Positions 7,831-15,124 of a DNA stretch of 25,317 bases are shown piece by piece; position 1 is the stretch's first letter, and each line of letters begins with the position of its first letter. The notes below the pieces were generated by a model. It saw nothing but the letters and a program-made list of their open reading frames with translations. It searched no databases and was not told where the DNA came from. Both the position numbers and the translations under genes were made by a program. Origin of the DNA: a virus (Duplodnaviria; Caudoviricetes); the IMG/VR virus record IMGVR_UViG_3300016476_000382, positions 1 through 25,317 of that record; one strand, 5' to 3'.

Positions 7831-8467
7831 ACTTAGTAGATTTATCTGGTTTGAATTCTGTTATATATGAATAATCAGTTTCATATCCTGATTTATTTTC
7901 TACGCTATAAACAGTCATATCAATTTTATAACCTGGATTTTTATCTATTCGCTTATATGTCCATGCATTATCCATCCATATGATTCGGTTGTTAGGATAT
8001 ATAAAATAGTTACCATTATCCATTTTGAATACATGTCCGCATTTATGCTCGGGAGTTTCTGAAAAGTTTGTGTCTAATACATTTCTATTTTCATGTGACC
8101 AATCCAATGTAAACATATATGTGCCTTGACGTTTAACACCGGTGATAGATATTAAATCGGCTCTTAAACCCGACATTCTTTCTCTTACTTGAACATCTAT
8201 ATAAGAAGAAAAGCAGTCCCAATAAACATGCTCTGTTAATGGCAATTTCTCTGCATCTCGTTTCCAACAAAATGCATGTATCGGTCTTCTTGTCCAGTTA
8301 ACTCCGTTTTCTAGGAATGCTTCGAATAGCGGCGTTCTTTTTTGTATAGATGCTACACTATGTACATCTGCTGCTGTATATTCACCTTGGCCATGCTCAT
8401 GATTAAACATGAATTCATTTCGAATTAAACATGTTATGGTAGGAATATTTGCATTTAAATAACTCAT
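7829..8467 (-). CDS. Conserved phage protein of unknown function (YLNANIP...WDCFS...YMFTLDW...HKCGH...PNNR family)
   Basis: Motif string recalled as widespread in aquatic phages; no function assignable. Confidence 0.75.
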   Translation of the reverse strand: MSYLNANIPTITCLIRNEFMFNHEHGQGEYTAADVHSVASIQKRTPLFEAFLENGVNWTRRPIHAFCWKRDAEKLPLTEHVYWDCFSSYIDVQVRERMSGLRADLISITGVKRQGTYMFTLDWSHENRNVLDTNFSETPEHKCGHVFKMDNGNYFIYPNNRIIWMDNAWTYKRIDKNPGYKIDMTVYSVENKSGYETDYSYITEFKPDKSTK

Positions 8468-8931
8468 TATTTCTTATGTTTAGATATTTCAATTGCTGCT
8501 AACTGTTTAAGTGCAGCTTTTTTTGTTGGGTGTGTACCTAATACATGATTGCCCTTTTTAGGCTTAACTACCCATTTACCATCTCGTTGTTCGATACGTT
8601 CCGCCATTACTTGTTTTAAATGATTACCAAAACTAGTTGGTACAAATTGTGGCTCTTGTGAATTATATGCATCTTCGTGTCCTATGCTACTAGTAAGAAA
8701 ATGATATACTTCTTCTATATCATCTGCAGATGTAGTTATATGATCCACTGCCCATGCATGGCCGTTGCTTAACATGGCGTCTACTTGAGCTGGATCCATA
8801 TTTAATAATTCTTCAATTGCGTGTTGTATAGTTTGAAGATTCTGAAAAAACATATAGTTTTGTGATTCTTTATCCTGACATCCTCCAGTTGCTCCTCCAC
8901 AACCGCAGCTACATTCTGTTAATTGTTTCAT
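8467..8931 (-). CDS. Hypothetical, probable head-associated protein (LTE leader)
   Basis: MKQLTE|CSCGCGG; central WAVDHITTSADDIEEVYHFL; basic C-terminal module GKWVV...LGTHPTKKAALKQLAAIEISK after VMAE; AGGA RBS. Confidence 0.7.
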   Translation of the reverse strand: MKQLTECSCGCGGATGGCQDKESQNYMFFQNLQTIQHAIEELLNMDPAQVDAMLSNGHAWAVDHITTSADDIEEVYHFLTSSIGHEDAYNSQEPQFVPTSFGNHLKQVMAERIEQRDGKWVVKPKKGNHVLGTHPTKKAALKQLAAIEISKHKK

Positions 8932-8952
8932 GTTATTCCTGCGTATATATTA

Positions 8953-10413
8953 TTAGCCTCCTAAACCACCAAATACTGATGCAGTTATTGGAGTGTTATA
9001 TTGTATTGATATGTGTGCATTATTTTGTGATACGGTGAAGTAATTAACCATATCGCTATAATCATGTAATCGACCATCCACCCAAAATTTTACTTTGTTT
9101 GATGTCGAGCCCTGTTCTAATCCACATATTGCAATAGTATCACCAATTGACGACGATGTATATGAAATATACAAATTACCATCTATATCGTTAAATGCAA
9201 TTGCATTATAAGTTATTTGTTGTCGACGAAATCCACCACCGTATATATATCCACTACCATTAAAGGCAGCAACTGCAGAAACTATAATTCTGAAACTCAT
9301 GGCAGATCTATATTGTGTTTCGAATCCTTCGGGACTTCCGGAAGTTGGTAATATAAATTCTTCTGAATAATATTGCTTAGACCCAGTTGTTATAATACTA
9401 GGAGTATATACAACTCCGGTATATCCAGCTACAGATCCAGTTATACCATTACCTACAGTTAATGAACCGGTGATATTTAGTTTCGAATTAAGTGTTGCGG
9501 TATTACTAGTCGAAATTAATAATATATCTTGATATCCCGTACCATTGTAATAACTCCAACTCCAACCTTTTAATTTATTAGGAGCAATTCCAGAACCAGA
9601 TACATATTCTACAATATGATCATTTACCCAACCATCAAATGATGCATCGTCTGCATCATCAGCAGCAGATGTTAATGCTCGGGCAACTGTTCGATCGGTT
9701 TCACTATTTAATAGCGATCTCATATATAACATTCGACTGTTACCGACAGTTGAATTATCTAATTCTAATATAGAAGAATCATCAGCTGATTTTGATATGA
9801 TCATTCGGCTATTACCAGCATGCGATAATACTCGAGTTGCATTTGTACTAATAATTAAATTAGAATTAGCAATATTTGTATCGGCAGTTGCGTTTAATAG
9901 ATGCGATGCTGTAACAGCAAATGATGATGATACTGAAACTGACGAACTCGTACTAAATGAAGCTGATGTGGATCTAGATGCTGAAGTAGCAAATGATGCG
10001 GAAACAGAATTTAATACATATGAAGCAGTTTGAGCAGTAACAATATATGAAGCTGTTGTTGCGGTACTTGCAAATGATGCTGATACTGAATTTAAAACAT
10101 ATGAAGCTGTCTGTGCCGTTATAATATATGATGCTGTAGTTGCAGTTGCAGCCAAAGTAGCAAATGATGATGATGTCGATCTAGATGCTGATACTGAACT
10201 TAAAACGTATGATGCCGTTTGTGCTGTTGTGACGAATGAAGCTGTTGATGCAAATGAAGCGGATGTAATTGACCCAGCAAATGATCCAGAAAACGACCCG
10301 GTTGCTACAATTTCATATGAACCTGAACCATTCAGTGCATCGTATATGTTGGTAATATGAGATGACTGAATAGTATTACCCGTACCTATTCCTGATTTAC
10401 TTAGTAATGCCAT
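8953..10413 (-). CDS. Tail fibre/spike-like structural protein with S/T/A-rich ASF/ASY repeats
   Basis: Repeats such as TASYIITAQTASYVLNSVSASF and GSF/ITGSL motifs, followed by a beta-rich C-terminal domain. Confidence 0.65.
   Translation of the reverse strand: MALLSKSGIGTGNTIQSSHITNIYDALNGSGSYEIVATGSFSGSFAGSITSASFASTASFVTTAQTASYVLSSVSASRSTSSSFATLAATATTASYIITAQTASYVLNSVSASFASTATTASYIVTAQTASYVLNSVSASFATSASRSTSASFSTSSSVSVSSSFAVTASHLLNATADTNIANSNLIISTNATRVLSHAGNSRMIISKSADDSSILELDNSTVGNSRMLYMRSLLNSETDRTVARALTSAADDADDASFDGWVNDHIVEYVSGSGIAPNKLKGWSWSYYNGTGYQDILLISTSNTATLNSKLNITGSLTVGNGITGSVAGYTGVVYTPSIITTGSKQYYSEEFILPTSGSPEGFETQYRSAMSFRIIVSAVAAFNGSGYIYGGGFRRQQITYNAIAFNDIDGNLYISYTSSSIGDTIAICGLEQGSTSNKVKFWVDGRLHDYSDMVNYFTVSQNNAHISIQYNTPITASVFGGLGG
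9930..10265 (-). repeat. Intragenic degenerate tandem repeats (81-bp / 27-aa unit)
   Basis: Units at 9989-10069 and 10070-10150 are 81 bp apart with mostly synonymous differences; a third partial unit lies at ~10184-10260. Confidence 0.8.
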
Positions 10414-10607
10414 TATTTATCCTTGTTCTTTCTTTTATAAATACCCCAATCTTTGGTTTGTTCGTTCAACCATTCTTGTCGATCATCACAACCGCAATCC
10501 ATATTTAGCAGATCAAATATCTTTTCCGTTAATTGATCTAATCTTGTTGCTGCAGTGATTTTTTTTATATCATCACCTAAACCTCTACTTGGCATATTTT
10601 GATCCAT
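10413..10607 (-). CDS. Small conserved phage protein (GLGD...DCGC..RQEWLN family)
   Basis: SRGLGDDIKKIT...DCGCDDRQEWLN motif; alternative start at 10595. Confidence 0.75.
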   Translation of the reverse strand: MDQNMPSRGLGDDIKKITAATRLDQLTEKIFDLLNMDCGCDDRQEWLNEQTKDWGIYKRKNKDK

Positions 10608-10965
10608 TTTCTAATTTATTTTTTAATTGCATTGCCAATGTTTTAAATTGACCGGCAGATGGTATTTCAAATATATTTTTACCTATGTATTGATAATTTA
10701 ATCCTGGCTTCATACATATTGCATGTCCCGTCTCATCAATACCTATAACTTCAAATGGAACTCGGTGCATGGTAATTTTACCATCATTGGTTGGTATCAT
10801 TGTGCATTTACCAGGATGACTCCATTGACCCATCGGATCGGTTACTGCGCCGGTAATTTGTATAATCGTATCCCAGTGTCTATCTTTTAGACGATAAGTT
10901 CCGTCGATATGCTGCGTTAAAATATCAGCAACCGTAGGTAATATAGATTCATATAATTCCATCAT
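10585..10965 (-). CDS. Hypothetical phage protein (GQWxHPG...ITM...M.PG..Y domain)
   Basis: Motif recalled from phage structural-region proteins; N-terminus MMELYE. Confidence 0.7.
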   Translation of the reverse strand: MMELYESILPTVADILTQHIDGTYRLKDRHWDTIIQITGAVTDPMGQWSHPGKCTMIPTNDGKITMHRVPFEVIGIDETGHAICMKPGLNYQYIGKNIFEIPSAGQFKTLAMQLKNKLENGSKYAK

Positions 10966-10976
10966 GACAATTCTAA

Positions 10977-13250
10977 TTAGTTAGGAGTGGTATATACTGT
11001 ACCAGTTTCTGGTCCTGTTATTAATTCTCCAGCTTTTTCTAAATCTTTTTGCGTATCTTTAATCATTTTTTGCGAATCTGCTCCAATTTTTCCAAATAAT
11101 GAAGCTATAATTGTATTTTGAGCTTTTGGATCATTCTCAAACCATTCTACTATATCGCCGCCTAGATAACTAGGTATTTTTGTTTTAGCTAAACCTCTTT
11201 CTTCTGGCTCTCCACTGATACCTGTTCCTGTAGCTATCTGTACTCCTGCTGACAGTTCCGCTACAACATATCTTGCATATCTTCTAGCATCAGTAAGTTG
11301 ATTCATAATTAAAGTTCTCAGACCATTTGTAGCATCTTCTGCTGTTCTAAACACTTTAGCATTTAATGCATTTAATGGATCGCTAATGTAGTTTGCATAT
11401 ATTGGATTCATGTCTTCAACTTGTTTACCTACCCATTCCTCAACATATCTAGCACCAGATTTTGAATTCATTAATAGATGTTCAGCAACTTGCGGATTTT
11501 TTAATAAAGCTTCTTTAGATAATGCAGATTCTACACCATTTACCATTACTACCAAATCATCAGCTTCTGAATTTATCAAATTGAACCAAAATTCATTATG
11601 GCTCATACTACTTGTTAACTTACCATTGATTTTTGTGATTCCACTAAACTGTTTTAAGTGGGCAGCTTGTTGTAACTGTTGTTTTGTAAGTTTTCCGCCT
11701 TGTTGAGCAATTGGTGCTAATACATTTTTTGCGTAATCTAAAAGTGTTCCAGATTTTTCTTTTATAACCGCATCTAAACTATTTTTTAATAAAGGAGTAA
11801 GTTCTGTTACGGTATCTGGTATTAATTTTCTTTTGGCTACTACATTTAATGTTTTTATGAATTCTGGACTTTTTGAATATGCTTCAATGAATGTACGTTT
11901 CATGGTGTTCATTATAACAGCCATTTGTTTTTTTGGTATAGAAACAGTAAATGCATTAATAATAAAATCTCCTGCTGTTTTTATTTGTCTACCAACTGGA
12001 ATTTTATTTAATATTTTAGGAAGTGCTAATGCGGTTTGTTTTGTACTTTCATCAAACGTTAAACTAGTCCAACGACGATAATAGTGATTGAATTTGCTGC
12101 TACTAAATAATTTCGTTCTATTTGGTACTACATTTGGATTAATAGCATCTGCTAAATCATCAGCTCCGCTGCCTATTTTTCCCGTAGTTGATGCAAACTT
12201 GCCTTTTCCAGCTTTATATAAATCATCTAAATATATTCTACCTGCCTTAAGACCTTCATCAATTTGTTTCCACAATGGCTGAAGTACACTCGGAGTGAAT
12301 TTTTGTTGTAATACGCCTTTAGATGCTTTATATAGATCTTCTAACAATTTCCAACCCGACGTAATTGCTTTTTGTGCCATTGCATTTCCTTTAAAGAATT
12401 CAACTAGGTATTTAAGAACAGCTACGATTCCTTCTGCCATGGTTTTTACAGCCTTCATTACACCCTTCGCACTTTTAAACAAATACTTGATTGGCATTGC
12501 AATTACAGATCCAGCTCCTGGGATAGAAGCAATCATCGATAGTGCTGCATAAAAATATTGTTCTTCATATACATACAACAAAGAATTTACTAAATCTGCA
12601 GCTGTACCTACTCCATAAAAATCAAAAAATCCAGCAACATCTAATGCACCATGTGCAATTATAGATGACCACTCTGCAACTTCATCCCACGTGTCATGAG
12701 CTTTTTGCTTTTTAGTTTTTACCTGTTTTTTTGCTTTTTCTTGCTCTCCAGATGATAACGTAAATTCTCCAGTTACATATGTAGTTCCAGGTACTTTACT
12801 AACACGTATAAATTTTAAAAAACCAGCATTATTTTTTTCTACATTAAATTCAGATGGTGTTTCAGTATTATATAAACGTATACCTGTTGCGTCTACTGTA
12901 TATCCGTATTTTTCGTTGCGTGCATAACTTTCTGCAGTTTGATCATCATAAAAATATATCGTGTCATTTTCAGTTAATGCAACATACACAGCTTCGTTAC
13001 TTTTTATTTCATTAACATCGGCATCAGAACTCGGTTTTAATTTTAACAGTTTAAATGTATCTCGTAAAATACTTTCAGTTTTAGTATCAGACCATGGCTT
13101 CGAAGGTAATTGAGTTACTCCTTTATCTATACCATATATTTTTTCTGATAAAAGTTGTTTTTGTATAGTTACTGAATTTTTGATATGCGACTGAACTTCG
13201 CTAATAATAAATGAATCGATGTCTTGCTTGGATAATGTGTATCGTATCAT
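10977..13250 (-). CDS. Large (757 aa) probable virion-internal protein with pre-toxin-TG-like hydrophobic segment
   Basis: HGALDVAGFFDFYGVGTAADLVNSLLY...AALSMIASIPGAG at ~12504-12653; N-terminal IISE and LLSE sites; ATATTTAT upstream at 13274-13281. Confidence 0.65.
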   Translation of the reverse strand: MIRYTLSKQDIDSFIISEVQSHIKNSVTIQKQLLSEKIYGIDKGVTQLPSKPWSDTKTESILRDTFKLLKLKPSSDADVNEIKSNEAVYVALTENDTIYFYDDQTAESYARNEKYGYTVDATGIRLYNTETPSEFNVEKNNAGFLKFIRVSKVPGTTYVTGEFTLSSGEQEKAKKQVKTKKQKAHDTWDEVAEWSSIIAHGALDVAGFFDFYGVGTAADLVNSLLYVYEEQYFYAALSMIASIPGAGSVIAMPIKYLFKSAKGVMKAVKTMAEGIVAVLKYLVEFFKGNAMAQKAITSGWKLLEDLYKASKGVLQQKFTPSVLQPLWKQIDEGLKAGRIYLDDLYKAGKGKFASTTGKIGSGADDLADAINPNVVPNRTKLFSSSKFNHYYRRWTSLTFDESTKQTALALPKILNKIPVGRQIKTAGDFIINAFTVSIPKKQMAVIMNTMKRTFIEAYSKSPEFIKTLNVVAKRKLIPDTVTELTPLLKNSLDAVIKEKSGTLLDYAKNVLAPIAQQGGKLTKQQLQQAAHLKQFSGITKINGKLTSSMSHNEFWFNLINSEADDLVVMVNGVESALSKEALLKNPQVAEHLLMNSKSGARYVEEWVGKQVEDMNPIYANYISDPLNALNAKVFRTAEDATNGLRTLIMNQLTDARRYARYVVAELSAGVQIATGTGISGEPEERGLAKTKIPSYLGGDIVEWFENDPKAQNTIIASLFGKIGADSQKMIKDTQKDLEKAGELITGPETGTVYTTPN

Positions 13251-13284
13251 ATAAATAGTTTCTTTATTTTAAAATAAATATATT

Positions 13285-13635
13285 TCATTTCCAAAACACC
13301 TGCACACAAATGATAGCAAATGATAATGCTAAACAAACTATAGTTTTTGTAGTTATTGGCTCTGATTTAAAAAAATATGTTAATATTGTAAACACAAATA
13401 TGCCGGAAACGAATGATAAGAATCTGCTAGGCCATAGTTGACCTCCAAAACCATTTACTGCCGAATCCGTTCCCTCCAGAAAAAACCAAGAAACTGGAAG
13501 GCCAAATATTACTAATATAATGTATTTGTATTGTCTGGCCCAACTCCATAATATCGGACCATTAAATTGAAACCATGCTAAGGCTTGGCCTATGATAAAC
13601 ATGATTATTGCATATAGTATGTACTTATAATTCAT
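13285..13635 (-). CDS. Small 4-TM membrane protein (DMT/SMR-like topology)
   Basis: 116 aa with four hydrophobic helices; has its own promoter. Confidence 0.7.
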   Translation of the reverse strand: MNYKYILYAIIMFIIGQALAWFQFNGPILWSWARQYKYIILVIFGLPVSWFFLEGTDSAVNGFGGQLWPSRFLSFVSGIFVFTILTYFFKSEPITTKTIVCLALSFAIICVQVFWK

Positions 13636-13640
13636 ACTAT

Positions 13641-13669
13641 ATTATATGAAGATATTGAATTAAATCCTA
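13641..13669 (-). promoter_or_regulatory. TAGGAT-N17-TATAAT promoter
   Basis: -35 at 13664-13669, -10 at 13641-13646, 5 nt before ATG 13635. Confidence 0.7.
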
Positions 13670-14140
13670 AGATTTATCTGACTTATCGCAAGTTTCGTCG
13701 ATTTCTTTTTTTAAATTTGCAAGTTTTTGTATCATTTCTCTAACTATAACCCATATGGATCTATTACCCATTTTCATTGAAGTTTCATCGATACTTTTAA
13801 CCTCCACATAAATCCATATCGCTGAAATTGCTTTTGATAATAAATACGGAATGCGGAATGCAGATGCTCCTATAATATACTTATCAATTAAAAATGCTAA
13901 TATAACGGTACCTAAGTAAAAAAGAAGTTTAGCACCGATGCCTTTTCTAAGTATTACACTTTGAAATGAACTCCACCCTCGCTGTTTAATTGAAACATAT
14001 ATCGCAAATAGCGTGTCAATCACTACGGCTAAAAACAATAAACCTAATAATCCATTGATTGGTGTTAAAAATGTAAAAACAGCCATTGCAAACGGTTTTA
14101 TGTATTCCATTACTTTTTCCATATAGTAGTTACTTTTCAT
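13667..14140 (-). CDS. Holin (phage holin family 4 / toxin-secretion-holin-like)
   Basis: FLTPI...VVIDTLFAI...S..LRKG..KLLFY...AFLID...VEVKSIDE pattern, 3 TM segments, adjacent to the endolysin. Confidence 0.8.
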   Translation of the reverse strand: MKSNYYMEKVMEYIKPFAMAVFTFLTPINGLLGLLFLAVVIDTLFAIYVSIKQRGWSSFQSVILRKGIGAKLLFYLGTVILAFLIDKYIIGASAFRIPYLLSKAISAIWIYVEVKSIDETSMKMGNRSIWVIVREMIQKLANLKKEIDETCDKSDKS

Positions 14141-14152
14141 ATTAATTTATTT

Positions 14153-14764
14153 TTAAATATATGCTTTGTATTTATTTGTCAATTTTATTCGGTCTGACAA
14201 ACCATTGTAACCACCGTTAATACGGAGTGATAATTGTGTGATAGTTTTATCGTCTAATCCTTTATCTGCAATACGCCATAAGTTGTTTCGTTCAAAGAAA
14301 AATAATGCAGATTCAAATGAAAATTGTTCTGCAACTATACCCGGATTACTTACAATTTCTTCGTTTTTAATGTGTTTGGAAAATGCTTCGTAGTTAGATT
14401 TACCAGTTAATTGTATTGCCCCTCTACCTCTATATTTCCATCCATCTCCAGAAGCTTCGTCACCATTACCCATTCTGTTAGCATATACACGATTTGCAAT
14501 TTTTTCTGGTTTACGTGCATATGCTAATGCTATCGCATTTGATCTAAAATATTTAGGAAATATTGCTAATAATCTATCTGCTGAATAATTTAATGATTCC
14601 TCAAATAAACGGAATCCTCCTGTTTCGTGTGCTGTTTGTGCAAAGAAATGCACTGCTCGTATGGGTGTAAGATTAAAATGAGCTCTAGCAGCACCGAATG
14701 TTGTTTTACCAAATACACCATCAGGATTCACCCCGCAGTGTTCTTGCAATTTAACTAAACTCAT
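14153..14764 (-). CDS. Endolysin, glycoside hydrolase family 19
   Basis: HFFAQTAHETGGF..EESLNYS, YRGRGAIQLTGKSNY, INGGYNGLSDR; N-terminal LQ..GV.PDGVFGKTT peptidoglycan-binding stub; AAGGA RBS. Confidence 0.93.
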   Translation of the reverse strand: MSLVKLQEHCGVNPDGVFGKTTFGAARAHFNLTPIRAVHFFAQTAHETGGFRLFEESLNYSADRLLAIFPKYFRSNAIALAYARKPEKIANRVYANRMGNGDEASGDGWKYRGRGAIQLTGKSNYEAFSKHIKNEEIVSNPGIVAEQFSFESALFFFERNNLWRIADKGLDDKTITQLSLRINGGYNGLSDRIKLTNKYKAYI

Positions 14765-14776
14765 ATGATCCTTTCC

Positions 14777-14830
14777 TTACAGAGAACTATCTGGATACCA
14801 TTCATTATCCCATTCTAATTCATGTTCCAT
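14777..14830 (-). CDS. Candidate 17-aa micropeptide MEHELEWDNEWYPDSSL
   Basis: ATG begins 2 nt after the upstream TAA, and the stop abuts the endolysin RBS, so it fills the intergenic gap. No homology evidence. Confidence 0.4.
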   Translation of the reverse strand: MEHELEWDNEWYPDSSL

Positions 14831-14832
14831 GA

Positions 14833-15072
14833 TTATTTGCGTGCACTTACTAAGTTAGAAAATTTTTCTGCTGTTGTACCAAATAATGCAGCGATCGTAA
14901 TGAATTCTACTGCCTGTATCAATTCTGATTGAATTGGTTTTGCGCCAGGTACATAACCATGTACGGTCATATTGATTGCTAAAAGCAAGAAACCCAATGT
15001 GCCTATGACTCTTTTAGACGAAATTTCGCCCGTTCTAGAATCAGAAAGCATACCTTTTATAAATTGTTTCAT
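14833..15072 (-). CDS. Small 2-TM membrane protein (holin/antiholin-like, SSKR family)
   Basis: GEISSKRVIG followed by two hydrophobic helices; first gene of the lysis cassette; GGAG RBS. Confidence 0.7.
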   Translation of the reverse strand: MKQFIKGMLSDSRTGEISSKRVIGTLGFLLLAINMTVHGYVPGAKPIQSELIQAVEFITIAALFGTTAEKFSNLVSARK

Positions 15073-15075
15073 GAA

Positions 15076-15121
15076 AACTCTCCGTAATTTTTACTATTTA
15101 AATATAAATATACGGAGAGTT
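15076..15121 (-). promoter_or_regulatory. RBS-sequestering hairpin with putative late promoter in the loop
   Basis: Perfect 11-bp inverted repeat aactctccgta (15076-15086) / tacggagagtt (15111-15121); ATATTTAT at 15104-15111. Confidence 0.7.
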
Positions 15122-15124
15122 ACT

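Noticed and set aside
9930-10265. Repeats as a CRISPR array or DGR template/variable repeat
   Set aside because: They are in-frame coding repeats with synonymous differences, no unique spacers, no adenine-specific mismatch pattern and no reverse transcriptase nearby.
13263-13278. Perfect 16-bp palindrome tttattttaaaataaa
   Set aside because: It is A/T only in an AT-rich intergenic gap and overlaps the ATATTTAT motif; too weak to call as a separate element.
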